A stretch of DNA of 64,000 nt from Octopus bimaculoides (lineage: Eukaryota): the NCBI RefSeq assembly GCF_001194135.2, contig NC_068993.1, positions 25,951,491-26,015,490 of the forward strand. Direction: 5' to 3'. Below, one piece after another: positions 27,109 through 38,299 of this stretch. Position 1 is the first letter of the stretch; the number at the start of each line of letters is the position of its first letter. The notes beneath the pieces were generated by a model. The model had not been told where the DNA came from. It made no database searches and saw only the letters and a list, made by a program, of their open reading frames with translations. A program made the position numbers and the translations under genes.

Positions 27109-28746
27109 TTATGTGGTGAACTCAAATCGCCAAGGGTGGGCCTTAATTTTGTGCAATCGAAGTGCATCTGATCGCTTGCAGTTCTTGCCACAAATTTCAC
27201 ACGTAAATAGAACAAGGCCTGCACAAGTCTTTTCATGCCGATTTTTATTTGTTCGAAATGTAAATGCTGCACCACACACTTTACACAATGACCGGTTATG
27301 CTCACGCTGGCTATGAGCTTCGAAGATGCCCCAGTTCTGAACTTCGAATGCACAGAAACTGCACTGAAAGTGCCCTCTTTCGTTGAAATTTGGTTTTTGG
27401 CTAATTTGGTTGCGATTATGCTGACTGGCTGATGCTCTGACTTTCCGAGACAATGCAGAGCCAAACAGCTGTGATGACATAGAAAACTTAGAAGCAGCTC
27501 GCTGAAGGGTTACCTCGTATGTTGACTTTACAGTACCACTGGACTGTACTTGGAAATTTGGAGAGGTTGAGTCTAATGGGGGGAAAGTAAGGACAGAAGA
27601 AGACTGGCTCTGCTGAATAGGTGAGCTATTTGGCAAACTATCAGCATGCTGACTTAAATCAACACCTTCTAAATTCATGTCGGATTGACCGTTCATGTTT
27701 TGGCTATTTTCATAGCCATTATCTGGTGGCTCTGGCTTGACAACAACTTCAAAATCTGGGCTTTGTTGTTCAGAGGACATGTCATTTGAGGCAGCAGAAC
27801 CATCTGCTCTTAGTGAAGTCTCTGAGACGGAGGACAAAGCAGTTTCATTCTGCGTGGAGTTTTTCATCTGCATATTCTCTGTGGTTTCATGATGACTTGC
27901 AAAAACATTCATAACCCGACTAGCTTCAGATTGGATCTGCTGTTTCCCACAAAATCCTGAACGTAAGTGATTGCGTAGGTGGCTATGGCTCCGGAACATA
28001 GCACTACACATCATGCATTTTGTAAATCGTCCTCTCTGCGATTGCAAAACGGAGGAACGGATTTTGTTCCGTTTTGAACTAGTTAGTAACTTTCCCAAGA
28101 TTGAACCCTGACCCGATGCGGATGCTGCTGAGGCAGCATGAGCTGAATGAAAGCTGGGCATTATTGCAGATCCTGATGAAAACTGAGAGCTGCTACTTTG
28201 AAGTCTCATTGATGTCTCACTTTGGAGTCGCATTCTACTTTCAGACTCGATGGTGTCAGGGAAAGCAGTTGCTCCATAAGAATTCTGCAAATGTAAGTTG
28301 TTCTCTGCAACAATGCGGCAGCTTTCATCCTTAACCCCAGGGATGTCAAGGACGGAAGAGATTTCTTGAGCAGATTCATTTCCATAGGAAAGTTCACGTT
28401 GGTTGGCATTTGAGGAAACAGATCCATCAATGCCATTGCTCATTGCATAGCTTGGATCATGCCCATTCTCCTGGCTAGACTGAGCCTGGCAGTGATTGAA
28501 GTGGTCATCATGTCTTACAGAGTGGACTGATGACTTTGGACAATTGTTCTTTGATGTGCTACTAATGCTGACGTTTCTAAGTTTCTCATGGATCTTTACA
28601 ACAATCTGATTGTCGGGTTCCTCAGTAGCAATACAGATGATACCATCAATTTCAAGGCGGCTACTATGCTCCGAATCTAACTGCTCACAGCACAGCTTTA
28701 TGACGGCATCATAGATGAGTTTGTTCAATTTCAGTTGGCCAGCCAT
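27109..28746 (-). CDS. C2H2/C2HC zinc-finger transcription factor, 545 aa, single coding exon
   Basis: Only long non-repetitive ORF in the window. First ATG at 28746 (AAG ATG GCT); the track start at 28767 is a GTG. TAA at 27111-27109. Four C-x2-C-x12-H-x3-5-H/C fingers: CMMC..H..C (~27948-28017) and a triplet CSFC..H..H, CKVC..H..C, CEIC..H..H (27136-27363). S/Q/N-rich linkers. Confidence 0.92.
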   Translation of the reverse strand: MAGQLKLNKLIYDAVIKLCCEQLDSEHSSRLEIDGIICIATEEPDNQIVVKIHEKLRNVSISSTSKNNCPKSSVHSVRHDDHFNHCQAQSSQENGHDPSYAMSNGIDGSVSSNANQRELSYGNESAQEISSVLDIPGVKDESCRIVAENNLHLQNSYGATAFPDTIESESRMRLQSETSMRLQSSSSQFSSGSAIMPSFHSAHAASAASASGQGSILGKLLTSSKRNKIRSSVLQSQRGRFTKCMMCSAMFRSHSHLRNHLRSGFCGKQQIQSEASRVMNVFASHHETTENMQMKNSTQNETALSSVSETSLRADGSAASNDMSSEQQSPDFEVVVKPEPPDNGYENSQNMNGQSDMNLEGVDLSQHADSLPNSSPIQQSQSSSVLTFPPLDSTSPNFQVQSSGTVKSTYEVTLQRAASKFSMSSQLFGSALSRKVRASASQHNRNQISQKPNFNERGHFQCSFCAFEVQNWGIFEAHSQREHNRSLCKVCGAAFTFRTNKNRHEKTCAGLVLFTCEICGKNCKRSDALRLHKIKAHPWRFEFTT

Positions 28747-28792
28747 CTTTGCAGGAGAAGAAATCACAGCCAGACTGGTAAGAAACCCAGGA

Positions 28793-28821
28793 CTGCAAAT
28801 AGAGAAAGTAAAAGGTTAGAA
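28793..28821 (-). promoter_or_regulatory. 3' splice acceptor of the ZNF coding exon (exon starts 28792, 46-nt 5'UTR portion)
   Basis: Minus strand reads ttctaac (branch-point-like, 28821-28815), then cttttactttctctatttgcAG|tcctggg; AG at 28794-28793. Confidence 0.75.
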
Positions 28822-29281
28822 TAAGGAAATAAGGAAATATAAGGAAACAAGCATCACAGTCAGACAATAGGTACCACACACACACACACACACACACGCA
28901 TACATACACATATCAAATGGAAAGGAATTAAAGGATTGCATTGGTAGGTAAGAGTTGTATAGAGAGAAGCAGTGCAATGAAAATGTAGGGACAGAGAGAA
29001 GGAATATATTGATGTTTTGACAATAAATAAATGTTACAGAAGTGGGTAATGAGAATGTAGAAACAAGAGGGCTACACAAAACAATAGATAAGGAGTACTT
29101 GTGGTACAAATGTGAGAGAGACAGTCAGACAGACTGAGACAGAAGCATAATATTCTCTAAAGTGAAAGCTTCCCCAACTGTTTAAGATCAATCAACATAG
29201 AGTGTGGAGGATGTCGAAAATGTTGAAAATATGAATTTGCTAAGGTAAAGATTGTATAAATATGATAAATATAGACTAAAA

Positions 29282-29950
29282 TTAGTAATTAGCAGTCATG
29301 GCCTGGAATTTGGAGCACTTATTTTTTGCATGTATGTCTATATGTCCACTCAGTGGAATATGTCTAGTACTGGGGTCTTGTATTTGTTGTTGGTGAATGA
29401 TCAGTCTATTTCTTAGAATAAGCTTTGTTTGACCTACGTAATCTTCATTACATCCTTCACATTTGATAGCATATATTAAATTCCTTGAAGAACATGTAAA
29501 GTGATTCTTTATGGTAAAAGTCTGTTCTGATTTGAATTTGTATGTTGTGTCTTCAGTAAGGCTGATGCAGATCCCACAACAGGGGTGGCCACACTTTTTG
29601 ACTGTCGGTGTAGGAATTGTGGAAGGTAATTTTGCACTTGTGAGGAATATTTTGAGGGTTTTTGATTGTCTTTTACTTTTGATTGTTTTGTGTATTTCAA
29701 ATGCTTGTTTCATTCTTGGGTCTTGTTTTAGTAGTGGGATATTCCGGTGGATAATATTGTAAACCTCTGTTTTCTTCGGTTGTGTTGTAAGAAAGGGTAG
29801 AATATTGGATGTATCTGGAGCATTTTTTGTAACTCTTCACTATTTATTGCTTTGGCATGTTCTATTCCGTTGTCTATTAGCATTAGTGGATATTGTCTTT
29901 TAAGTAGTATTTGCTTTAGTTCCTAGAGTCTTTTATTGTGAGTTTCAGGG
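29282..29950 (-). mobile_element. Penelope-like element fragment: linker and GIY-YIG endonuclease
   Basis: CGHPCCGIC and FTCSSRNLIYAIKCEGCNEDYVGQT..LRNRL..H motifs; upstream RQYPLMLIDNGI and LPFLTT. ORF ends before the downstream conserved Glu and Asn. Confidence 0.88.
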
Positions 29951-30437
29951 TTTGAGACAAAATATAATCACATGACACTAATGCACGAACGTAGTGGGAA
30001 ACATACAAAAGGTTACAAACTTAATCATGTGTTCATTCTCTAAAAACACTTGACAGAAAACATTCGGAGTATTGATTGTTTGGACATGTTCAGTCAACCA
30101 TTGTCAGCCTTAACTTACGATGACAAACATTGTCACTTGATACACATGGACGTAGCAGGGAACCTGCAAAAATTTCTAAGACCAGTCATGTGACTATTCT
30201 CTACAAATCAAATCCAATTCAAAACATATACTAATTTGAGCCATGAACTCCCTATAAAAATAGGACAAGCTTCAAACACCAGTCAGGAGCAAGACAGCTG
30301 CGACATAAGCCATGTCTTTCTATTTGAACTTTTTGAAAATCAGTGTAAACTGTGAAACCAGTTAAAGCTTTAAATATATTAATAAAAAATATTTTAACTA
30401 TTCTCAATGAATTTTCAACTTCTATTTTTCATATATA

Positions 30438-31242
30438 CTAGCAGTATAACCCGACGTTGTCCGGGTGTGACTTATTACGCCATCTACGATAAGTCTTGCT
30501 AGGTGAAAATCAACTAAAAAAGAAAGACTTACAACGAAAAAACACTTATGATGTAAATATGTTCGTAATTCAAAAGACGATGAAATTAAAAGGGCAAGTT
30601 TGAAGGCTGTTTTGCATAACATTATTAATCGTACGTAAATTTCATCCGTGTAATTGGCTATACAAATGATATGTGCAAAACAACTTTTTGCACTGCCCTG
30701 ATTATTCATAGCATGGTAATCCCTTTCCGCAGGAGCAAAGCGTGAATGTTTTGAGACGCCTTATGGGAGTCAAGAAACAAAAGGAAAATAGTGTAATAGA
30801 TGCTTTTAAAAAGAAAAAAGGATTTTATCCCTTATATGTATACTGTTCAGTATCTATGCGTTGAATAAAATCTATCTTTCTACTTGTACTACCATACATT
30901 TCAGCGCTTCGAAAAACAAACTTGTAACTAAGAGCATAAGAGAAAGTAGGAGTTATCGTTCGTAAACGTTCGTAAGAGAAAGTAGGAGTTGAAAGGATTT
31001 GTAAAGGTTGTAGAAAGAGGAAATTTAGGTTTTATTAGAGGGGGAAAATGTTATTTTGCGCAGTTTAATGGATTTTATTGGTAACTGTGATTGATTTTGA
31101 CGGAAAAAACGGCGCAGTTACCTAGGTTATGGTATTTAGAATATTAATTCCAATTGTTTTATTCAAGAAATTTGGAATTGTGTAAATGTATGACTTGGAT
31201 ACACAAACACACACACTCACAAACTCAGCTATATATATATAG

Positions 31243-31243
<1 letters not shown>
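30438..31243 (-). mobile_element. Complete non-autonomous Helitron (806 bp)
   Basis: Minus strand starts A^TCTATATATATATAGCTGAG (31243) and ends with hairpin acccggacaacgtcgggt (30466-30449), 7 nt before CTAG^T (30441-30438). Sits between A and T with no TSD. Confidence 0.8.
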
Positions 31244-31273
<30 letters not shown>

Positions 31274-31297
31274 AATACATACATACATATACAATGC

Positions 31298-31334
<37 letters not shown>

Positions 31335-31344
<10 letters not shown>

Positions 31345-31725
31345 CAAACTGCAGTGCCACATGGTAGTGAGATGTGGGTCTTGAATGCAGGCGATATGCA
31401 AAGACTAAAAAAAGTGAAACTGGTAAGCTCTGCTGGATGTGTAATGTCAGGGAACATGTGCAACAGAGCACTAGAGTATTAAGAAAAAAGTTAGGCATAA
31501 GATGAATTATATGTAGTGTGCAAGAGAAGAGATTGCACTAATTTGGTCATGTGATGTGGATGGATGAGGACAGCTGCATAAAAAAGTGGAGGGAAGTTGT
31601 GGAAGAGGGTGACCTAGAAAGACATATGACAAAGTATCAAAGGCCAATCTCAAAACACTGAGCCTTATGAAGGAGATGACAGTTGACTGAGATATATGGT
31701 GCATTGGTATACTCAAGAACCTCAC
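31335..31725 (+). mobile_element. RTE LINE fragment (post-RT region)
   Basis: CIQTAVPHGSEMWVLNAGDMQRL and FGHVMWMDEDSCIKK match the same region of the 59-60 kb RTE. Confidence 0.8.
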
Positions 31726-31988
31726 CACCACCACCACCATCACAACAGAATTGATATACTAAAACCAAGGTGTAACACAAAAAGCACTGGTGGTCATGGA
31801 GCCATGTAAAAAGTAGCCTTCAACTAACGGGTTATATATATATATATATNNNNNNNNNNNNNNNNNNNNNNNNNNNNNNNNNNNNNNNNNNNNNNNNNNN
31901 NNNNNNNNNNNNNNNNNNNNNNNNNNNNNNNNNNNNNNNNNNNNNNNNNNNNNNNNNNNNNNNNNNNNNNNNNNNNNNNNNNNNNNNN

Positions 31989-33110
31989 CATCACAACATA
32001 TTTCAACAATGTGGAAATTTTATTCATCAAAGTAAGTACCATTACAATCAACACATTTTTGCCAAGTTACAAATTTGTTTATTCCAGTAGCATAAAAGTC
32101 TGGAGTTCTGGAACTGATGAACTCTTTGAATGCATATTCAGCATCAGTTTGATTTTCAAACTCCTCTCGCAGGAAATTATCAAGGTGCTTGAAAAAGCGG
32201 TAGTCGGTAGGAGAAAGGTCTGGGGAATAAGCTGGGTGGGGAAGAACTTCATAGCCAAGTTCCCTCAACTTCTGGAGCGTCCTTAGTGGAATGTGTGGTC
32301 GAGCATGAAAAGTGATTGGCCCTCTTCTGTTGACCAGTCTGGGATGGAGGAGTAGCAATTTTTCATTCATTTTGGAAATTTCATGGCAATATGTATCTGC
32401 AGTAATGGTTTTTCCAGGTTTTAGGAAGTTATAGCAGATGAGTCCAGCAGTACACCACCAAACAGTTACCATAACCTTCTTTTTGAAGAGCTCAGGTTTA
32501 GGGAAAGTTTTCAATGCTTCATTTTGGTCCAACCACAGTGAAGGATGTTTTTATTATTGTACAGAATCCATATTTCATCGCAAGTTACAATATGGTCGAG
32601 AAATGGATTGGTCTGGTTACGGAGAAGAAACAACGAACAAATTTCGCATCTGCACATTTCTTGATTTTCACTCAAATCGTGTTGCATCCATTTGTCAAGC
32701 TTTTTTGATTTTCTGATCGCATGCAAATGGTTGCAGGCAGTTTTCTGGCTAACATGAAGTTCTTTTGCCAGTTCTCAAGCGGTTTTACGTGGACTTTTTT
32801 CAATGGTGGTCTTTAATTGACTGTCATCGATGACAGACAGGCGTCCACTATGCTCACGATCTTCAAGGCTCAGGTCTTACTTAAACCACTTTTGAGTCAA
32901 CCACTCACTGGTCATTTCCCTCACAAAATGTTTCGTTGATATCGCAAACAGTTTCAGCTGCTTTACATCCTTTTTTGAAGTTAAATAGCAAAATTGCTTG
33001 AATATTACACTTTGACAGTTCCATTTCAGTTGATTGTAGCAACGGTGAAAAAAATATCGATGTTAATTCATTGATGCATTTGGGCAAGTCTATGTCTGTA
33101 TTATGAGACA
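31989..33110 (-). mobile_element. Second mariner relic (Hsmar1/cecropia-like), transposase pseudogene 32020-33024
   Basis: MELSKCNIQAILLFNFKKG N-terminus; IVTCDE; KKVMVTVWW; PHPAYSPDLSPTDY; WQKCVDCNGTYFD C-terminus. The HDNARPH Asp is lost and there are frameshifts. One end abuts an N-gap, so TIRs cannot be verified. Confidence 0.85.
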
Positions 33111-33506
33111 ATTACAAAAAAAAAAAAAAAAAAAANNNNNNNNNNNNNNNNNNNNNNNNNNNNNNNNNNNNNNNNNNNNNNNNNNNNNNNNNNNNNNNNN
33201 NNNNNNNNNNNNNNNNNNNNNNNNNNNNNNNNNNNNNNNNNNNNNNNNNNNNNNNNNNNNNNNNNNNNNNNNNNNNNNNNNNNNNNNNNNNNNNNNNNNN
33301 NNNNNNNNNNNNNNNNNNNNNNNNNNNNNNNNNNNNNNNNNNNNNNNNNNNNNNNNNNNNNNNNNNNNNNNNNNNNNNNNNNNNNNNNNNNNNNNNNNNN
33401 NNNNNNNNNNNNNNNNNNNNNNNNNNNNNNNNNNNNNNNNNNNNNNNNNNNNNNNNNNNNNNNNNNNNNNNNNNNNNNNNNNNNNNNNNNNNNNNNNNNN
33501 NNNNNN

Positions 33507-33575
<69 letters not shown>
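33507..33575. repeat. (GA)n microsatellite
   Basis: Read directly; abuts an N-gap. Confidence 0.95.
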
Positions 33576-33577
<2 letters not shown>

Positions 33578-35134
33578 TCTCTTAACAGTATTTCACAACC
33601 AGGGAAACAAAGCTACAATACTACATTCACACCAGAATGTGTATAACACATATAGTAAGCATAATGAAATGAGAAACAAATTTTTGAAGAGCAACTAATA
33701 TTCAATGCATTATTACAAGGAAAGAGCAGTAGTCAGTTAAGACATGGTACTTAATTCTATGCAATAAGTGCTGTGTTTAAGGCTAACAATTGCACATTTT
33801 ACTCAAAACCATTTCCAACAAGTAGAATATTATAAATGGGAGAAAAGATAGAGGACCTTTAGGAATTTCCTAGCTAGTTAAAGGGTAGCAGTTAAGAATG
33901 GCTGTACCACTGTGACACAGAATAACTACACAACAATGAGCAAAATATAAAGGACATGTATTGTCATTACTTTAAAGAGTTTTAAGGTTGATTTTGTTGC
34001 TATTGTAGTTTATGAGTGGGAGGTATACAAAGTAAAGTGTGTGTATGTGAATACACATACACCAAGCAAACACTGTACAGAAGTTCAATAAATGACTGCA
34101 GTATTGAATATACTCCACTTAAAATCAATAGTAAAATATCAACTCTGCTGTCTTTATAACAACAGCTATCACTACTATTACTGCTACTATTACTACGATG
34201 ACGGCCACCACCACTACCACCATTATTATCACTAATGTAATTGTTGTTATTGTAAAAATCTTTAGTACTACTGCTACCATAGTCATTATATAAGGAACAT
34301 ATGAGAGGTGAACACAAGAGGTGAATGGTGAACATCCATGGTAAGCCATCTTAGTGAGAAGCAATATTAACAATAATGTGATTAAAATTAATTTCTGAAG
34401 TCAAGAACTTTTTATAGAGTGAGTAAAACAGTGTAGTTTTAGAACACCAAGAGATTTTTGGTATTTATTTCATCATGTGTCACTCTCTCAATCTAGTATA
34501 AACTTAGTTTAAAACTAAAACTTTATGCCCCCTCCCCCAGTTCAATTTTGCAGGTGGTAGATTTCATCACCCAGTTTAACACCTGGTTCTTGAATGTATT
34601 AAAGAGAGTACATTCTATTACAAGTATTTGAACCTCGCCTCCAATTTGAGGATAATTTCTACCCTCACCCCCATCAGTTTCAAGAGCCCTGAAAATGGTC
34701 AAGGTTCTATTTTCCTTCAGCTGACTAAGCAATAAAATATAAAATCAAAAACACAAAATAAACTGGTGTCACGTCAGTCTCATAAAATTATGACCTGTTA
34801 TTATTATAATGGGACTTGTAAATTCAAATTGAGAACTTCAAACATTTCAAGGATCTTCAATAATCTTGATTGTATAATCATTGTCATTGATCAACTTCGG
34901 TATTACATTGGTACTATGGTCAAGACAAATGTTAAAGCAGAGCAATAATATCAGAATGATAGACCCAAGTAGATATTAAAACAAGTACTCTATAGCAACT
35001 GCAATGGTCATTCCTGAATGAGATTAGTAGGTCAGTGCTAAAAAGAAAGTAAAGCTCTAATGGTCAACTGAATAATAAGTCAAATACCAAATAATATCAA
35101 TGAAGCAGCAGAGTTAAGTATATATATATATATA

Positions 35135-35323
35135 TTGATTTCAAATTTTGGCACAAGGTCAGAAATTGGGGGAAGGAACTAAGTTGATTAGATCAACCCC
35201 AGTGCTCAACTAGTACTTATTTTATCGACCTTTCGTGGAATTTTAATTTAGAATGTCAAGACAGACAAAATGCTGCTAAGCATTTTGCCTGGCATGCTTA
35301 AGGATTCTGCCAGCTTACCACCC
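35135..35323 (-). mobile_element. SINE family D copy (core partly deleted)
   Basis: aattttggcacaagg tail and gattctgccagcttaccacc head. Confidence 0.75.
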
Positions 35324-35612
35324 CTAAGGTGATTCTAAATATTGATAGACAACAGTTTAAAACTAGACCACAACACCACTAACATCCTCTCCTCAGCTAT
35401 TCTCACTATACACCACCTACTTTTACACCACCACTACTGTGATAAGATTTTTCATCGAACATCAGCCACCACAGTAACTGTCACCACCATTCACTGTTGC
35501 AACAATCAAAGCACAATATATCCACCACAACCATACATGATGCCCCCTTGCTATTATAGTGATCGTGATAGAAAATGCAAGAAGACTCTTAAGATGAATA
35601 ATGTAGTCAATA

Positions 35613-35671
<59 letters not shown>

Positions 35672-36780
35672 ATCATGTACTCACATGTGGTGTGTCTGTG
35701 TGTGTGTATGTACATATAAATATTACTATTAAATCAGAGAGATTCTACCCACCAGAAGTTACATTATAGTAAAGCAGACAATATTTCATATTAATAAATA
35801 TAGACTTGCCCCACTATACAATACAATAATGTTTACTATAACATACCACACTTCACTATAACTGCATCATGAAGCACTATGCTATGACATATCACATAAC
35901 ACTATTTGAACATTACACTGTGTGTAACACATTACAACTGCACCACGAAACACTACACAATGAAGGCTAGAGTTTTCATCAATGAAAGATTTTCCTGGCA
36001 GACACTACTTGCCATGTTAATAAGAAATCAATACATCAAATAAACAGGGTGGAGAGAGAGGGGGGAAGAGAGAGGGGGATGGAGAGAGAGAGTGGGGAGG
36101 GAGAGAGAGAGAGAGCTGATCCATAACTGACTGACTATTTTCCAACTGATACTGCAGAGCTGTCTGGTGGATTGAGGTTACAGATTTTGGAAGCGCAGCA
36201 TTAGGTGAGAGAAGAAAGGAAAGAAAGAGAGCAGTGTGCCAACATAGAAGTGAGAAGGAGAGTAGAGCATGTCTGTTAATGGAAGTGGAACTTGCCAATG
36301 TTTAGCTGTTGGCCTGCTAACAGAACAGCTCTAGACATGGCTAATCATTTCTACCTTCAATGGAATAATAAACTCTCAGATATATTAGGAAAGGCTAACA
36401 CTTGTATAGAAGACAGTTAATGATAGATATTGAACTATATTTAAACAGGTACATACTCAACTTCTCAAGTAAGGTTAATGTTGGACTGATACTAAACCTC
36501 TAAAATATAACAGTTAAAGCTGGCTCTTGTATCTAGAAGAGACTCACTGATTTTGAATGCATGTTGAATGAGGAGGAGGAGAATTGAAATGTTTGATATA
36601 GTAGTAAAATAAAAACTAGATTGTTTATAATTGTTGATAGTTACTGATCTAAGGTTCTGAATTAAAAAATAAAAGTACAATATTTCTAGTTGCCAAGTGC
36701 CAAGTTCTCACTTAATATCTCTAGTATATTATTACAAAGACATTTCTCATGTAGAAGATGATGGCCACTACTGTCTAGCC

Positions 36781-37019
36781 CAGTGGTTCTCAACCATTTT
36801 TTACCTATGGACCCTTTTGATTCTTATTTTACACAAGTAGCCCCTCATAGTTATTTGATGCTTAAAAAGAACCCCTTTATATTTATATAATCAAATATAT
36901 GAAACTGTATTAAAAAAAAAATTGTTAAAACATTTTATGTTATTTTAGAAGTATAAGCAATTTATTGCAGATAAATTTTAACAACAAAATCTTATATGGA
37001 CCCTGGTTGAGAACCACTG
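36781..37019. mobile_element. hAT (Charlie-like) MITE, 239 bp
   Basis: TIRs CAGTGGTTCTCAACC and GGTTGAGAACCACTG; 8-bp TSD gtctagcc / gactagcc (1 mismatch). Confidence 0.88.
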
Positions 37020-37330
37020 GACTAGCCAAATACAAACTACTAACATATTGCGGAACTGCAAATAACACTGGCATTAAGAGATAGTTCATGAAAACCAAAT
37101 GTCACTGGCAGATGGCTACAGCCAATGTTGTGTTATGATCATCTCAGTCCTATCCTATTCCTATACTTAATTCACATCAGATGTTAATCCAACTGGTTAA
37201 ATTGGACACCAAGTCAATGGATTGGCTAGCTGCAGCAAGTAATATGAGTATTAGAAGTTAGCAGTAAAGGTGCTGAAAGTTGTCTAAAATTACGGTAGCA
37301 TATAGGAGACACTGGTAAAACTTTATATCT

Positions 37331-37731
37331 TTTATCTTTTACTTGTTTCAATCATTAGACCATGTCCATACTGGGACAATGCCTTCAAGGATTTTGGTTG
37401 AACGAATTGACCCCCAGTACCTTTTTTTTTGTCTTTTTGAAGCCTGGTATTTATTCTACCAGCCTCTTTTGCTGAACTGCTAAGTTATGGCTATGTAAAC
37501 ACACTAACACTGACTGCCAAGCAGTGATGAGGGACAAACATGGACAGAAAAACACACACACACACACAGATACATATATACAATGGTCTTCTTCAATCAA
37601 CCAAATCCACTCACAAGGCTTTGGTTGGCCAGAGGTTATAGTAGACATCACTTGCCCAGGGTACTACATGGTGCGACTAAACCCAGAACCATGTGGTTAG
37701 GAAGTAAACTTCTTACCATACAGCCATGCCT
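37331..37731 (-). mobile_element. SINE family A, older diverged copy
   Basis: Colinear diverged match (ccactcacaaggctttggttggcc, aacccagaaccatgtgg). Confidence 0.75.
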
Positions 37732-38299
37732 TTTGCCCATATTTTAGTTCACTACTTATCAAAAAAATCAAAAGACTCCTGAAATATTTTAACATTTTTC
37801 ATACATAGCTTGATTTAGTAACTCTTTACATTTTTTTAATATTGTAGCAAATGTTTTACCAAGTGTACTTCCAATCTCTCCTAGAGGACTGAGCAAACAA
37901 ATTCCAAAGCTCTCCAACAAAGGAAAAAAATGGACCCAGTCCACATGACGGTCAAGGTTTACAGAAATATCCTACCACCTACCTAAGTATGGAGAAAATT
38001 GACAACAAAAATGCCATTTATTATGAAATTAGATAAGCGGTTTATTTAATTTATTATCAAATTAAATAATAACCTTATTAATCAATTATTGACTGATGTA
38101 ATTGACCAACCTGACATGTGCAAAAAATTCTTAATTGACTGAAATTTATCCCTTATTTTGAAAAAGAAAACAAAAAAAACCTTGTGGTGTCCGTTTTCAA
38201 TTATTTATAATTGTTATTTACTAGGAAAAAGTAGGAAAAAATTATCGTTGTTCTTAAACTGGTAACAAGGAGTCAGAAAACGCTATGCTTACTGAAAAT

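Noticed and set aside
28747-28767. ORF-track start MISSPAK
   Set aside because: The codon at 28767 is GTG; the first ATG is at 28746, so these 7 codons are treated as 5'UTR.
30422-30709. 95-aa ORF inside the Helitron as a Rep/helicase remnant
   Set aside because: No convincing HUH or PIF1 helicase motifs.
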